From the NCBI GenBank assembly GCA_963666365.2, contig CAXXNF010000002.1:1120001-1184000 (forward strand): a stretch of DNA of 64,000 bases. Reading direction: 5' to 3'. The notes beneath the pieces are model-generated. The model saw only the letters and a program-made list of their open reading frames with translations, made no database searches and was not told the DNA's origin. Every line of letters begins with the position of its first letter. Position 1 is the first letter of the stretch. Below, in pieces: positions 1 through 10,887 of this stretch. Both the position numbers and the translations under genes were made by a program. Origin of the DNA: Syntrophales bacterium (GTDB taxonomy: Bacteria; Desulfobacterota; Syntrophia; Syntrophales; UBA2210).

Positions 1-2
1 AA

Positions 3-299
3 TTCAAGAAGGAAGGCGGCAGGGATTCTTATTTTCGGTATATCAAGGAATCCGGTCCCTATGTCGAGGGAGTCGGCGCCAAGGTGTTGTATTTCGGAAA
101 AGCCAATGAGCTGCTTCAGGGAACGGAAGATTGGGATATCTTGATGCTTGTTCAGTATCCGTCACGCAAGGCGTTTCTTAAAATGGCCAACGATCCGGGC
201 TACCTCAAGGTTCATGAATCCCGCGAGATCGCTTTGGAACGGGCCGTACTCTATGCGACAGACCCGGTGAAATTCAAAGCAATCTTTACTGAAAAATAA
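3..299 (+). CDS. DUF1330-like small protein, 5'-truncated by the window edge
   Basis: Frame is open from position 3 (FKKEGGRDSYFRYIKESGPYVEGVGAKVLYFG...). The WD-xx-LVQYPSRKAFL-x-M and GY...HESRE pattern is typical of DUF1330 proteins. Confidence 0.7.
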   Translation, partial: FKKEGGRDSYFRYIKESGPYVEGVGAKVLYFGKANELLQGTEDWDILMLVQYPSRKAFLKMANDPGYLKVHESREIALERAVLYATDPVKFKAIFTEK

Positions 300-372
300 T
301 GGAAGCGCAGTTATGTTTCCGGCTGAAAATCTTTATGATAGATGATGGAAACTATTACAAGGGAGGCTAAAT

Positions 373-2181
373 ATGGCAGGCGAATTTGATATGAACAGCG
401 CGTACGACAATCCTAACAATTTGGTCGATTTATTCGAGCAAAGCGTGGTCAAGTATCCAAACAACCGGCTTTTCGGAACCAAGAATCCGGCCTCCGATCA
501 GTATGAGTGGGTAACCTTCAAACAGGTGGCCGCACGGGTCGACAACCTGAGGGGCGGCCTGAATACACTCGGGTTGGAAAAAGGCGAGAAAGTCGGCGTC
601 ATTCTCAACAACTGCACGGAATGGTTTATATGCGAGCAGGCGGTACATGGCCTGGGCGGGGTACTGGTCCCCATGTATCTGCAGGAACTACCCAAAGTCA
701 TTCAGTATATTGTTGCCGATGCTGAAGTGAAGTATTTGTTCGTCCGCGATATCGGCGTTTACGAAAAAATAAAGAATTTTAAAGGAGAAATTCCCACGCT
801 CAAGGATATTTTCCTGGTCTGCGGCGAGGGTGAAAATTCCATGAACGCCCTGGAAGAAACGGGCAAAAACAATCCTGCGCCGTCCATCCAGCCTTCATGG
901 TCGGATCTGGCCAACATCGTCTATACCTCGGGCACTACAGGCGATCCTAAGGGCGTGATGCTTTCTCACGGAAGTCTGACCTTATGTGCGCGATGCGGTG
1001 TTGACATGTTTGGTCTAGACGAAGCCATGCATGTCGTGGCGATTCTTCCCTGGGCGCATGTCTTTGGCCTTTCCGCCGATCTCCACGACTACATCCACTG
1101 CGGAGGCGGCATCGCCTTTGCCGAATCGGTCGACAAGCTGGTCCAGAACTTTCAGGAAGTGAAACCCACGGGACTCTCCGTCGTTCCCCGTATTGTGAAT
1201 AAAATCTATGATACCGTTCAAAAGGGTGTAGCCGCCGACCCGACCAAGAAGCAGTTTTTCGACGCGGCCATAGCGGAGGCGGTAAAGAATCGGGATCTGC
1301 CTGAAAAAACAAAAGAATTCAAAGATTACGATGCATTGGTCTTTTCCCAGGTCCGCAATGTCTTCGGCGGCAATCTGAAATTCTTCGTCACCGGCAGCGC
1401 ATTGATGAAACCGGAAATCGCACTCTTTTTTAAAGATATCGGTCAACCGACCTTTGACGGCTACGGGCTCACGGAAACGGGACCCACACTTGCCATGAAC
1501 TCGCCCAAATACGGCAACAAATACGGCACAGTGGGAAAAGTCGTAAAGAACATGCATGTGGTGATCGACAAGTCGCGCGTGGGCGAGGACAGCATCGACG
1601 GTGAAATTATCGCCTACGGCGCGCACGTGATGATGGGCTATCACAATAAACCCGAGCAGACGGCAGAAGTCATGATGGCTGATACATGGAACGGCTTTCC
1701 CGGCATCCGCACCGGAGACAGGGGCTGGATCGACGAGGAGGGCTATCTCCATATCACCGGCCGCTTCAAGGATGAATACAAACTGGCCAACGGCAAATAT
1801 GTGCATCCCGAAGGTATCGAAAACGAAGCGAAACTGCTCGGCTATATTTCGAACATCATGCTCTACGGCGACGGCAAGGATTATAATGTGGCCATCGTTG
1901 TTCCCGACTTTGCCGAACTTAAGGCGAACCCAAGCATCAAGCCTCTCCTGAAAGAGACGCTGAAAGATTCGCTCACGGAAAAGGCGCTGCAAGAGCGACT
2001 TTCCGAGGATATTATTGCCCATCTTCGCAAAACCTATGGCGGCTATGAAGTACCGCAGAAGTTCCTCTTCATTGCAGAAGATTTTACGGTGGAAAATGGC
2101 ACGCTGACCCAGACAATGAAACTCAAACGGCCCCTGGTGCTGAAAAAATATGGCGAAGAGCTGGAGGCCCTGTATACATAA
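373..2181 (+). CDS. long-chain fatty acid--CoA ligase (AMP-binding, FadD15/ACSL-like)
   Basis: YTSGTTGDPKG P-loop, GYGLTET, RTGDRG, C-terminal LTQTMKLKR; SD GGGAGG upstream. Confidence 0.9.
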   Translation: MAGEFDMNSAYDNPNNLVDLFEQSVVKYPNNRLFGTKNPASDQYEWVTFKQVAARVDNLRGGLNTLGLEKGEKVGVILNNCTEWFICEQAVHGLGGVLVPMYLQELPKVIQYIVADAEVKYLFVRDIGVYEKIKNFKGEIPTLKDIFLVCGEGENSMNALEETGKNNPAPSIQPSWSDLANIVYTSGTTGDPKGVMLSHGSLTLCARCGVDMFGLDEAMHVVAILPWAHVFGLSADLHDYIHCGGGIAFAESVDKLVQNFQEVKPTGLSVVPRIVNKIYDTVQKGVAADPTKKQFFDAAIAEAVKNRDLPEKTKEFKDYDALVFSQVRNVFGGNLKFFVTGSALMKPEIALFFKDIGQPTFDGYGLTETGPTLAMNSPKYGNKYGTVGKVVKNMHVVIDKSRVGEDSIDGEIIAYGAHVMMGYHNKPEQTAEVMMADTWNGFPGIRTGDRGWIDEEGYLHITGRFKDEYKLANGKYVHPEGIENEAKLLGYISNIMLYGDGKDYNVAIVVPDFAELKANPSIKPLLKETLKDSLTEKALQERLSEDIIAHLRKTYGGYEVPQKFLFIAEDFTVENGTLTQTMKLKRPLVLKKYGEELEALYT

Positions 2182-2248
2182 CATGCGCTAGTACTGTCAG
2201 TTTCTGCACATTAGGCCCCCTTTTCCGGAGGCGGGCACACAAGACAAC

Positions 2249-2287
2249 ACACCCCTCCCTTTTACACAGGGCGGGGTGTATTTCTTT
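2249..2287 (+). terminator. putative intrinsic terminator after the CoA ligase
   Basis: Imperfect hairpin ACACCCCTCCCT/AGGGCGGGGTGT followed by ATTTCTTT. Confidence 0.5.
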
Positions 2288-2399
2288 CCATGACGCACAA
2301 AATGATTTTTAATGATTATCCCGAATAAATCTGATACAAACTACCGTTCACATAACCTTTAAGTGCAGAACTCACAGGGAATCTGCAGGGAGAATCAGC

Positions 2400-3290
2400 G
2401 TGTTTAAATCAGGCTTCGTGGGCATAATCGGAAGACCCAATGTGGGGAAATCAACGCTCCTTAACACCATCATTGAAGAAAAGATCTCCATTACCGCCCA
2501 TAAACCCCAAACAACGAGAAACAGAATTACGGGCATCAAAAACGTCGAAAACGGTCAATTTGTGTTTATCGATACCCCGGGCATTCATAAGGGCACGTCG
2601 TCTCTCAACCACTACATGGTGACCACAGCCATCAATACCCTCTCAGATTCGGACTTGATTCTGTTTATCGTGGAAGCGCAAAGCGAACTCGATCAGAACG
2701 ACCGCTTTATCGTCGAAGTCCTTCGCGACATAGCAACACCGGTGATACTTGCGATCAACAAGATCGATCTGGTGAAAAAGGAATTGTTGCTTCCCATGAT
2801 CGATCGGTTGAAGGACCTCCATGCATTTCGAGAGATCATCCCGCTTTCCGCCGTCAAGGGGTTCAATGTCGACACATTGCTCGGGCAGATATGGAAGATT
2901 CTCCCCGAGGGCCCTCCTTATTTCCCCGAAGACATGATGACCGACGTGACCGAGCGGTTTCTCGCGCAGGAAATGATCAGGGAGAAAATCACCCTTCTCT
3001 CTCATCATGAGATTCCCTATTCCACGGCGGTAACCGTGGATACGTTCAAAGAAGACGAAACAAGAAATCTGATCAAAATTCAGGCCGCCATTACGGTGGC
3101 AAAAAAGTCACAGAAAGGCATCATCATCGGAAAGCAGGGGGCCATGTTGAAACGAATCGGCACACAGGCGCGACAGGATATGGAGCGCTTTTTCGGCGCC
3201 CGAGTGTACCTGGAGCTGTTTGTAAGGGTCAGCAAGGACTGGACGGACGATGCTCGCATGCTGTCTGAATTGGGGTACAAGATAAAATGA
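2400..3290 (+). CDS. era: GTPase Era
   Basis: GRPNVGKST, PQTTR, DTPG, NKID and KH-domain GIIIGKQG motifs. Confidence 0.97.
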   Translation: MFKSGFVGIIGRPNVGKSTLLNTIIEEKISITAHKPQTTRNRITGIKNVENGQFVFIDTPGIHKGTSSLNHYMVTTAINTLSDSDLILFIVEAQSELDQNDRFIVEVLRDIATPVILAINKIDLVKKELLLPMIDRLKDLHAFREIIPLSAVKGFNVDTLLGQIWKILPEGPPYFPEDMMTDVTERFLAQEMIREKITLLSHHEIPYSTAVTVDTFKEDETRNLIKIQAAITVAKKSQKGIIIGKQGAMLKRIGTQARQDMERFFGARVYLELFVRVSKDWTDDARMLSELGYKIK

Positions 3291-4621
3291 AACCGATTGT
3301 GGCAATAGTGGGCAGGCCGAACGTGGGTAAATCCACCCTTTTCAACCGCCTCTCCGATACCAAAAAAACAATCGTCATCGATCAGCCCGGGGCCACCCGC
3401 GATCGAAATTACGGAGATGCATACTGGAACGGCAGAGATTTTATAGTTATCGATACCGGTGGTTTTGAACCGGTTTCCAAGGAACAGATGCTCGTACAGA
3501 TGCGCCGTCAAACGAATCTTGCCATAGAAGAGGCCGATGCCATTATATTTCTTCTTGACGGCCGGGAAGGCCTGACACCGTCCGATACGGAAATAGCCCA
3601 TCTTCTGAGAAAAACAGAGAAGCCGGTTTTTTATGCCGTGAACAAGACCGACAATGCAGCACAGGAAGCGCAGGCCTACGATTTTTACCGCCTCGGGATC
3701 GATAAGCTCTATCCTGTATCTTCACAGCATGGTCTCGGCGTCGCGGACATGATGGATGACGTGGTGGCGGCGCTTCCGGAGCGGGACGAAACGGAAGAGG
3801 AACTGCCTACAGAGGAAAGAATAAGAATCGCCGTAATTGGAAAGCCGAATGTGGGCAAATCATCGCTCATCAACAAAATCCTCGGTTATGAACGGACGGT
3901 GGTCACCCCCATCCCCGGCACCACCAGGGATACCGTGGACACTCCTTTCGAGATGGGGGACAGGAAGTTTACCCTCATTGACACGGCGGGTATCAGGAAA
4001 AAAAGTAAAATCAGTCTCAAGCTGGAACAGTACAGCGTGGTGGAAGTCATGAAGACTCTGGACCGATGCGACATCGCGCTGATAATGATCGATGCCGGGG
4101 AGGGGGTGACCGATCAGGATACAAAGATTGCCGGTCTTGCCCATGAGCGCGGCGTAGCAAGCATTCTTATTATTAATAAGTGGGACCTGATAGAAAAGGA
4201 CAACACCACAATCGGCGCCTATGTACGGCATGTGAAAGACAGTCTCAAATATCTCGACTTTGCGCCGATTCTTTCCATTTCGGCACTCACGGGACAGCGG
4301 GTCCAGAAAATCTTCGACCTCGTGGAAAGGGTGTACGACCAGTACACCAAGCGAATCACCACGGCGCAGTTAAATCTCAAACTTGCCGAATTCGTGCAAC
4401 GTATGCCGCCTCCCCGATACCGACAGAGGGCCAACAGCCTTGTCTATGCAACACAGGCATCAATCAAGCCGCCTACGTTCATCATTTTTGCCAAGGAACC
4501 AAAGGCAATTCATTTTTCTTACGAGCGATATCTCATGAACAGACTGCGTGAAGAATGTTCCTTTGAGTACACGCCCCTTCGAATAAAATTCAGAAAAAAA
4601 GAAGGTAAGGAAAAAGGATAA
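3287..4621 (+). CDS. der: ribosome biogenesis GTPase Der (EngA)
   Basis: Two tandem G domains (GRPNVGKS, GKPNVGKS; DTGG, DTAG); ATGA overlap with era. Confidence 0.97.
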   Translation: MKPIVAIVGRPNVGKSTLFNRLSDTKKTIVIDQPGATRDRNYGDAYWNGRDFIVIDTGGFEPVSKEQMLVQMRRQTNLAIEEADAIIFLLDGREGLTPSDTEIAHLLRKTEKPVFYAVNKTDNAAQEAQAYDFYRLGIDKLYPVSSQHGLGVADMMDDVVAALPERDETEEELPTEERIRIAVIGKPNVGKSSLINKILGYERTVVTPIPGTTRDTVDTPFEMGDRKFTLIDTAGIRKKSKISLKLEQYSVVEVMKTLDRCDIALIMIDAGEGVTDQDTKIAGLAHERGVASILIINKWDLIEKDNTTIGAYVRHVKDSLKYLDFAPILSISALTGQRVQKIFDLVERVYDQYTKRITTAQLNLKLAEFVQRMPPPRYRQRANSLVYATQASIKPPTFIIFAKEPKAIHFSYERYLMNRLREECSFEYTPLRIKFRKKEGKEKG

Positions 4622-4625
4622 ACTT

Positions 4626-5789
4626 ATGCCGGGAAAAGTCGCTGCACTCACAGGCGCCTGTATCGCACTGCTGATTATGATCAGGGCACTGCCCTCGACA
4701 GCCGCCGAATGGCCCGATGCACTCAGGATAGGCATATACCTGCCCATGACAGGCCCTGCCTCCGACTCGGGCCGTAAGCTTTATGCAGGAATTTCCATCG
4801 CCCATGAAACAAAACCCGCCCTGGCTGAGGGTGTTTCTGTTGAGCTGGCGCTTATCGACACGGCAGGAGACGTGAAGCAATCGCTGGAAGCGGTCAGAAC
4901 GCTTCTCAATGAAAATAAAGTGTGCGTAGTTATCGGCGAGGCCGGAGAAAGAACTACCAGGGCTGCAAGCATAATCACCGAACAGCGGAAAATTCCTATG
5001 ATAACCCCCGCCGTCACATCATCGAATCTCACGGAATCGAGAAATTATCTGTTCCGCACCTGTGTTTCCGATGCCTTTCAGGTTCACACCATCGCGCGTT
5101 ATGCCCTCGAAACGCTTGAAGCCCGCAGGGCTTCCATACTCATTGATATCACCAGCGAGGCCAGCATAAATATGGCGGAGAGCTTCAAAAATAGTTATAC
5201 GGAAAAGGGCGGCGCCGTTGCTTCGCTTGCCTATTGCGCATCCGGCGATCAAGATTTCACCCTGCAGATTTCTTCTTTCATGGCTTCGAAGCCGGACTTT
5301 CTGTTCCTCCCCCTTTCTTACCCCGAAGTGATCGGATTCAACAAAAAGGCCCGGGAACTTGGTTTTACCCTGCCGACCTTTATACTTCCCGGCGCCGATC
5401 CGAGCCTGCTTGTTGCGAAAGGGGGAAATTCCCTGGAAGGCATCATGTTTTTGGCTCATTTCAGTCCCGATGCGTCCGCAAGCGAGCGGGACAAGGCCTA
5501 TACGGATGAGTTCAAGAAAAAGAAGGGGTACCGCCCGGGAATACTGGAAATTCTGGGCGCCGATGCCTATTTTGTGGTGCTGGACGCCGCTGAGCGGGCA
5601 CAGTCCGCGGATGGGAAGGACATAAAAAACGCCCTTGCACACACCCGCCAATTCCCCGGACTGTCCGGCCCGATTTCACTTGGAAAGGACGGGAATGCAC
5701 ACAAAAGCTCCTTTCTTGTTCAGATCAAAGAGGGCCAGCTTAAATACTTGAAAACAGTGGGGGCTCAATTGGCGGAGCAGGGCAATTAA
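4626..5789 (+). CDS. branched-chain amino acid-type ABC substrate-binding protein
   Basis: Signal peptide, RIGIYLPMTG, YLFRTC-x-SD, FPGLSGPI; LivJ-like periplasmic fold. Confidence 0.85.
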   Translation: MPGKVAALTGACIALLIMIRALPSTAAEWPDALRIGIYLPMTGPASDSGRKLYAGISIAHETKPALAEGVSVELALIDTAGDVKQSLEAVRTLLNENKVCVVIGEAGERTTRAASIITEQRKIPMITPAVTSSNLTESRNYLFRTCVSDAFQVHTIARYALETLEARRASILIDITSEASINMAESFKNSYTEKGGAVASLAYCASGDQDFTLQISSFMASKPDFLFLPLSYPEVIGFNKKARELGFTLPTFILPGADPSLLVAKGGNSLEGIMFLAHFSPDASASERDKAYTDEFKKKKGYRPGILEILGADAYFVVLDAAERAQSADGKDIKNALAHTRQFPGLSGPISLGKDGNAHKSSFLVQIKEGQLKYLKTVGAQLAEQGN

Positions 5790-5790
5790 T

Positions 5791-6498
5791 CTATACTCCC
5801 AGGTAGGCTTTCCTCACTGCTTCATTTTCCAGAAGATTCTCTGCGGAATCGGAAAAAGCCACGACCCCGTTTTCAATCACGTACCCTCTGTGTGCCACCT
5901 TTAAGGCAAGATGTGCGTTCTGTTCGACGAGAAAAATCGTCGTCTTCTGTTCACTGTTTATTTTTTTAATGATATCGAATATCTGCCTTACCACGAGCGG
6001 CGCAAGCCCCAGCGACGGCTCGTCAAGCAGAAGGAGACGGGGGTTCGCCATTATAGCCCTCGAAATGGCAAGCATCTGCTGTTCACCGCCGGAAAGAGTC
6101 CCCCCCGCCTGATGTCTTCTCTGCGCCAGAATCGGGAAAAGGTGAAACACATATTCCATATCCCTCTTGACCTGTATCGCGTCCCTCCTCAGAAAGGCGC
6201 CCATATCCAGATTTTCCACTACCGACAGATGGGGAAATATATGTCGTCCTTCGGGAACCTGGCAGATGCCGCGCGACACGATCTCGTGGGGCGCCAATTC
6301 ATGTATCGGCTCTCCCATAAAAATAATCTCTCCCGAACGGGGCGGCGCCACGCCGCAAATTGACATCAGTGTCGTCGATTTTCCGGCCCCGTTTGCCCCT
6401 ATGAGCGTTATCATTTCCCCTTCCGGTATTTCTATAGAAACTCCCTTGAGCGCCTCGATGCCCCCATAAAAGGTATGTATGTCCCGCAACTCAAGCAT
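5791..6498 (-). CDS. livF: branched-chain amino acid ABC ATPase LivF
   Basis: GANGAGKST, LSGGEQQMLAI, LLLDEPSLGLAP. Confidence 0.93.
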   Translation of the reverse strand: MLELRDIHTFYGGIEALKGVSIEIPEGEMITLIGANGAGKSTTLMSICGVAPPRSGEIIFMGEPIHELAPHEIVSRGICQVPEGRHIFPHLSVVENLDMGAFLRRDAIQVKRDMEYVFHLFPILAQRRHQAGGTLSGGEQQMLAISRAIMANPRLLLLDEPSLGLAPLVVRQIFDIIKKINSEQKTTIFLVEQNAHLALKVAHRGYVIENGVVAFSDSAENLLENEAVRKAYLGV

Positions 6499-7310
6499 CA
6501 GATCAGTTCATCTCCCAGATAGGCCTTGATGACAACGGGATTGCGCTTGATTTCCTCCGGGCTCCCTTCAGCTATTTTTCTTCCGTAATCAACTACATAT
6601 ATTCTTTCCGAGAGGCTCATAACCAATTTCATGTCATGCTCGATTAAAAGAATCGAAATTCCCTCCCTCCTGCGTATGTCCCTAATGAGCGCTACCAATT
6701 CTGCAGTCTCCTGCGGATTCATGCCCGCGGCAGGTTCATCAAGAAGCATCAAAAATGGTTCGGTGGCCATCGCCCGGGCTATTTCGAGACGCCTTTGAGC
6801 CCCATAGGGGAGGTTTTTGGCGAAGTCGTTCACATAGTCTGCAAGACCCATTTTCTCCAGGATAGCATAACTCGCGTCAACAATACGCCGTTCTTCTTTC
6901 CTTGTCCCTCTTCCCTTGAAAACGGCGCCGACAATGCCCGTTTTTGTTCTGCAATGTCTGCCTATCATCACATTTTCAAGGACAGTCATATTTTGAAACA
7001 ATCGAATATTCTGAAAGGTTCGCGCAAGTCCCCTTTCGGTCACCTGGTTTGGTTTCAGTCCATTGACACGCCGCATCCTGCCGTCTGGACGCCCGGCAAT
7101 AAAAACATCGCCATCGGTGGGCTCGTATATCCCCGCGACGCAATTGAAAAATGTCGTCTTTCCAGCGCCGTTCGGTCCGATAAGCGCAACAATTTCCCCT
7201 TCCTTCACATTAAGATCCACCTCGTCCAACGCCCGAAGGCCGCCAAAGTTCATTCCCAGATTGCATACCTGCAATATCGAGTCATGTTCGCCGCCGGAAC
7301 CGGTCTTCAT
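6498..7310 (-). CDS. livG: branched-chain amino acid ABC ATPase LivG
   Basis: GPNGAGKTT, RTFQNIRLF, LPYGAQRRLEIARA, IEHDM. Confidence 0.93.
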   Translation of the reverse strand: MKTGSGGEHDSILQVCNLGMNFGGLRALDEVDLNVKEGEIVALIGPNGAGKTTFFNCVAGIYEPTDGDVFIAGRPDGRMRRVNGLKPNQVTERGLARTFQNIRLFQNMTVLENVMIGRHCRTKTGIVGAVFKGRGTRKEERRIVDASYAILEKMGLADYVNDFAKNLPYGAQRRLEIARAMATEPFLMLLDEPAAGMNPQETAELVALIRDIRRREGISILLIEHDMKLVMSLSERIYVVDYGRKIAEGSPEEIKRNPVVIKAYLGDELI

Positions 7311-8518
7311 TGAACTTTCCCTTCATATTTATAGGTTTTCCTGACATCGCTCACGATACCGCCCGGTCTGAATACCATCATCACCACAAGCAGGGCGCCG
7401 AACATCAGCATTCTGTATTCGGAAAATGCGCGCAGATATTCAGGCAATAAAATCAGCACAAGCGCGCCGAGAATCACGCCTATTACCGAGCCCATTCCCC
7501 CCAGCACGACAATGCAGAGAATAATGATCGATTCCCATATGGTAAAACTTGCCGGATTTACAAAGGTTGTTTTTGCCGCAAACACAACGCCGCCCATTCC
7601 GGCCCAGGTAGCCCCCAGGGCAAAGGCGGTCAGTTTCGTTTTTGCCTTGTCTATGCCCATGGCCTGGCAGGCAATTTCATCTTCTCTCAGGGCAATCCAT
7701 GCCCTGCCGATCCGGGAATCCTGAAGGCGTTTGACGACAAAGATCGTCAACAGGCACAGCACCACTACAATATAATACATATACACAGCCGCACCGTGAA
7801 GGGACAGCTCAATGCCAAAAAATGACGGCCGGGGTATATTTGCTATTCCGCTTGGACCAAAAGAAAATTCGTTCCAGTTTTCCAGGATGATACGTATGAT
7901 TTCGCCAAAGCCGAGCGTTACAATCGCCAGATAGTCCCCGCGCAGTCGTAATACCGGAAATCCAAGAACAATGCCGAAAAACGCTCCCAGCAACGCGCCT
8001 ATGGGCAGTACCATCCAGAATGTGAACCCGAAATGATAGTTCAACAGTGCATAGGCATAGGCGCCGACGGCGTAGAACGCAACATATCCAAGATCGAGCA
8101 GTCCCGCCAAGCCAACTACTATATTAAGTCCCAGACCGAGCATCACATATATGAGTGCGGTAATGATGATATTGGTTTGATAGAGGGACACAACATGAGG
8201 AAATATGACGATAACGATGCCGGTGACAATCACAACGGGGAGGAATAGTTTTTTCTTTTCCGCCGCGAGCGATATAAAAGATGTGTGTAGTGCGTTTACT
8301 TCGAATGCACCGCTGATTCCCAGCTTTTTTCGCTCGAGAAGGTACCGCCACAAAAATGAAAGTACAAAGCTTCCCACACCGACCACGATCATGTTTTCCC
8401 AGCGCCATTCGACGAGCTTCTCAATCGGATTGACGCGGATCACCATTAGGGGAAATGTCAGAAACACGAACCACAGCGATACGTATATTGATTTTTTAAT
8501 TTCAGATAATTTAAACAT
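7307..8518 (-). CDS. livM: branched-chain amino acid ABC permease LivM
   Basis: LGLNIVVGLAGLLDLGYVAFY, LRLRGDYLAIVTLGFGEI. Confidence 0.93.
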   Translation of the reverse strand: MFKLSEIKKSIYVSLWFVFLTFPLMVIRVNPIEKLVEWRWENMIVVGVGSFVLSFLWRYLLERKKLGISGAFEVNALHTSFISLAAEKKKLFLPVVIVTGIVIVIFPHVVSLYQTNIIITALIYVMLGLGLNIVVGLAGLLDLGYVAFYAVGAYAYALLNYHFGFTFWMVLPIGALLGAFFGIVLGFPVLRLRGDYLAIVTLGFGEIIRIILENWNEFSFGPSGIANIPRPSFFGIELSLHGAAVYMYYIVVVLCLLTIFVVKRLQDSRIGRAWIALREDEIACQAMGIDKAKTKLTAFALGATWAGMGGVVFAAKTTFVNPASFTIWESIIILCIVVLGGMGSVIGVILGALVLILLPEYLRAFSEYRMLMFGALLVVMMVFRPGGIVSDVRKTYKYEGKVQ

Positions 8519-8619
8519 TTACAAAACCAGCAATAAACAACCAGTAACGAACGTTACAAGAAGTGCTTGTATACAATGTATCACCCTACTTCTCTTGCCT
8601 TGCATACTTTTCTTACGTT

Positions 8620-9522
8620 TTACACCTTTGTGTGCTCAGCGCGCCCGAGTATGCCGGCCGGCCTCAAAATCAAAATCAGGACAAGAATTATAAAGGCAAA
8701 CACATCCTCATAATCGCTCGATACGTATCCGGTGGCAAAACTTTCCGTCCAGCCGAGAATAAAACCGCCCAGCACGGCGCCGGGAATACTGCCGATTCCG
8801 CCCAGCACGGCAGCCACAAAGGCTTTAATACCCGCAATAAACCCGATGTAGAAGTTGATCATCCCCACATGCGAGGCAATCAAAACACCCCCGATTGCCG
8901 CCGTAGCCGAACCCACTATGAAGGTAACCGAAATAACCGTATTGATATCAACTCCTAGAAGCATGGCCATAACCCGGTCTTGCGACGTGGCGCGCATCGC
9001 CTTTCCTATCCGGGTGAATTTGATCAAAAATGTCAGCAGCGCCATGACCACCGCCGTAGTGGCAAGAATCACCACATCCGTGGACCCTATAATATGGGCG
9101 TAGGGTTCCATAAACTCAAATTCCGGTATAAGATTTGGAAAGGGGAGAAAATCTGAGGTCTGGGCAAGCAGCACGTAATTTTGAAGAAAAAGTGACATTC
9201 CTATCGCGCTGATCAGTGCGGAAAGACGCGGCGCCCCGCGCAGGGGCTTGTAGGCGATTTTTTCTAAGGTAAAACCATAGGCGCTAGAGTATATTACCGC
9301 CACAAGACCCGCAATAAACAGTATTGCGATTGTGTTCATGCCCATGAGCGTGAGGACGGAAATGACGATCAATGCCGTAAAGGCGCCTATCATGTAAATT
9401 TCACCATGGGCGAAATTGATCAGTTCGATGATTCCATAGACCATTGTATAGCCGAGCGCGATGAGGGCGTAAATACTGCCGCGCGTTGACCCGCCTAAAA
9501 ACAGTTCCAGGAAATATTCCAT
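8620..9522 (-). CDS. livH: branched-chain amino acid ABC permease LivH
   Basis: GSIYALIALGYTMVYGI, INFAHGE, AAVLGGIGSIPGA. Confidence 0.93.
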   Translation of the reverse strand: MEYFLELFLGGSTRGSIYALIALGYTMVYGIIELINFAHGEIYMIGAFTALIVISVLTLMGMNTIAILFIAGLVAVIYSSAYGFTLEKIAYKPLRGAPRLSALISAIGMSLFLQNYVLLAQTSDFLPFPNLIPEFEFMEPYAHIIGSTDVVILATTAVVMALLTFLIKFTRIGKAMRATSQDRVMAMLLGVDINTVISVTFIVGSATAAIGGVLIASHVGMINFYIGFIAGIKAFVAAVLGGIGSIPGAVLGGFILGWTESFATGYVSSDYEDVFAFIILVLILILRPAGILGRAEHTKV

Positions 9523-9679
9523 AGTCTTTCCGCGTTCCTCTCATTATATTTTCCAGCCCGGCCCGCGCACTGATGCTTGGGACTCTCTGCAACGGCGCCC
9601 TTAAAAAAAAAGGGGCCAGACCACACCCGCCTGCCCCCTGCACACACTTCTCGGCCACTCACAAAAACGGCGCCCTAAA

Positions 9680-10816
9680 TCAGCGTGGCGTAACTTCTAC
9701 ATAGGCGCCGTCTTTCACCTGATACATCGTAAAACCGATTCCCACTGCGTCGCCCTTCTCATCGAATTTGATTCTTCCGAGCGGGGTGTCCACATATTCG
9801 GTTTTTAACACCTTCGCTACCGCTTCATAGTCGGGAGAACCCGCTTTTGCAATCGCATTCAAGAGCGCCTGCGTTGCCGCACAGGCATTCAGAAAAAAAG
9901 CCCCCGGTTCATCGCCGTAGGTATCTTTGTGCGCCTTAATAGCCGCCTGAGCCAGTGGGTTTCCGGTCGTATCCCGGGGGCCGGTGGCATAGACGCCCTC
10001 GGCATATTTACCTGCTACCTTGATGAATGTATCGTCCTTGACTCCGTCATCTGAAATAAAATACGTCTTCATGCGCTTTTTTCTCATCTGCATAACGATT
10101 CTCGAGGCCTCCGGGTGATACCCTCCGAATATCACCGCCTCCGCCCCTGAACGCCTGATTTTCTGCACAACGGCTGAATAATCCACGGCGCCTGGGGTAA
10201 CCCCTTCAAACAACACGACCTTAGCATCGGGCTCTTTTTCAAGAAAGGCCTTTGCAAATTCGGCCAATCCCTTCCCGTAATCGCCCTTGTCGTGCAGTAC
10301 TGCAATTTTTCTGACCTTCAGTACTTTAAGAGTAAAATCAACTTCCATACGCGCCTGCGCGTCGTCCGATGAAATGGTCCTGAAAAAATTGGGATATTCG
10401 CCGCTCTGGGTCAAGGGAGGATTCGTCGCCGACGGAGACATGCAAATCACGTTTTCATCCCGGTAAATGGCCAGTGCGGCCTTTGTGGAGCCGCTGCAGA
10501 TATGTCCGATGACAACGTCCACATGCTGTGAAACGAGTTTCGTTGCCGTATTTGTGGCCACCTCGGGCTTACAGACATCGTCTTCGACCAGCAGTTCCAC
10601 CTGTGTACCGAGAATGCCCCCCCTGGCGTTGATCTCGTTCACGACCAGTTCGGCTGCTCTGACGGAGGGCAAACCGTAGGATGCCAGATCACCGCTATGG
10701 GCGCCGGCAACCCCCACTTTGATTGTTTCCGCTGCGTGAGCAGTGCCGCCGATCGCCACAAACAGCGCTATCGCCGTCACCATCGATGAAAATATTTTGA
10801 AAGTAGTGGTTCTCAT
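9680..10816 (-). CDS. livK: branched-chain amino acid ABC substrate-binding protein LivK/LivJ
   Basis: Signal peptide, EDDVCKP, GHICSG, SPSATNP; first gene of the liv operon. Confidence 0.88.
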   Translation of the reverse strand: MRTTTFKIFSSMVTAIALFVAIGGTAHAAETIKVGVAGAHSGDLASYGLPSVRAAELVVNEINARGGILGTQVELLVEDDVCKPEVATNTATKLVSQHVDVVIGHICSGSTKAALAIYRDENVICMSPSATNPPLTQSGEYPNFFRTISSDDAQARMEVDFTLKVLKVRKIAVLHDKGDYGKGLAEFAKAFLEKEPDAKVVLFEGVTPGAVDYSAVVQKIRRSGAEAVIFGGYHPEASRIVMQMRKKRMKTYFISDDGVKDDTFIKVAGKYAEGVYATGPRDTTGNPLAQAAIKAHKDTYGDEPGAFFLNACAATQALLNAIAKAGSPDYEAVAKVLKTEYVDTPLGRIKFDEKGDAVGIGFTMYQVKDGAYVEVTPR

Positions 10817-10887
10817 GAGTATCGATACATTTCAACCGCACCATGAATTTTTAAACAAACGCCCGTGATGTGCGTCAGCGGGCCGCT

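Noticed and set aside
1015..2184. 389-aa minus-strand ORF (also long ORFs 12195-13481, 21494-22408, 34645-35778, 57030-57830, 61516-62316)
   Set aside because: Antisense shadows of well-supported genes, with no recognisable motifs.
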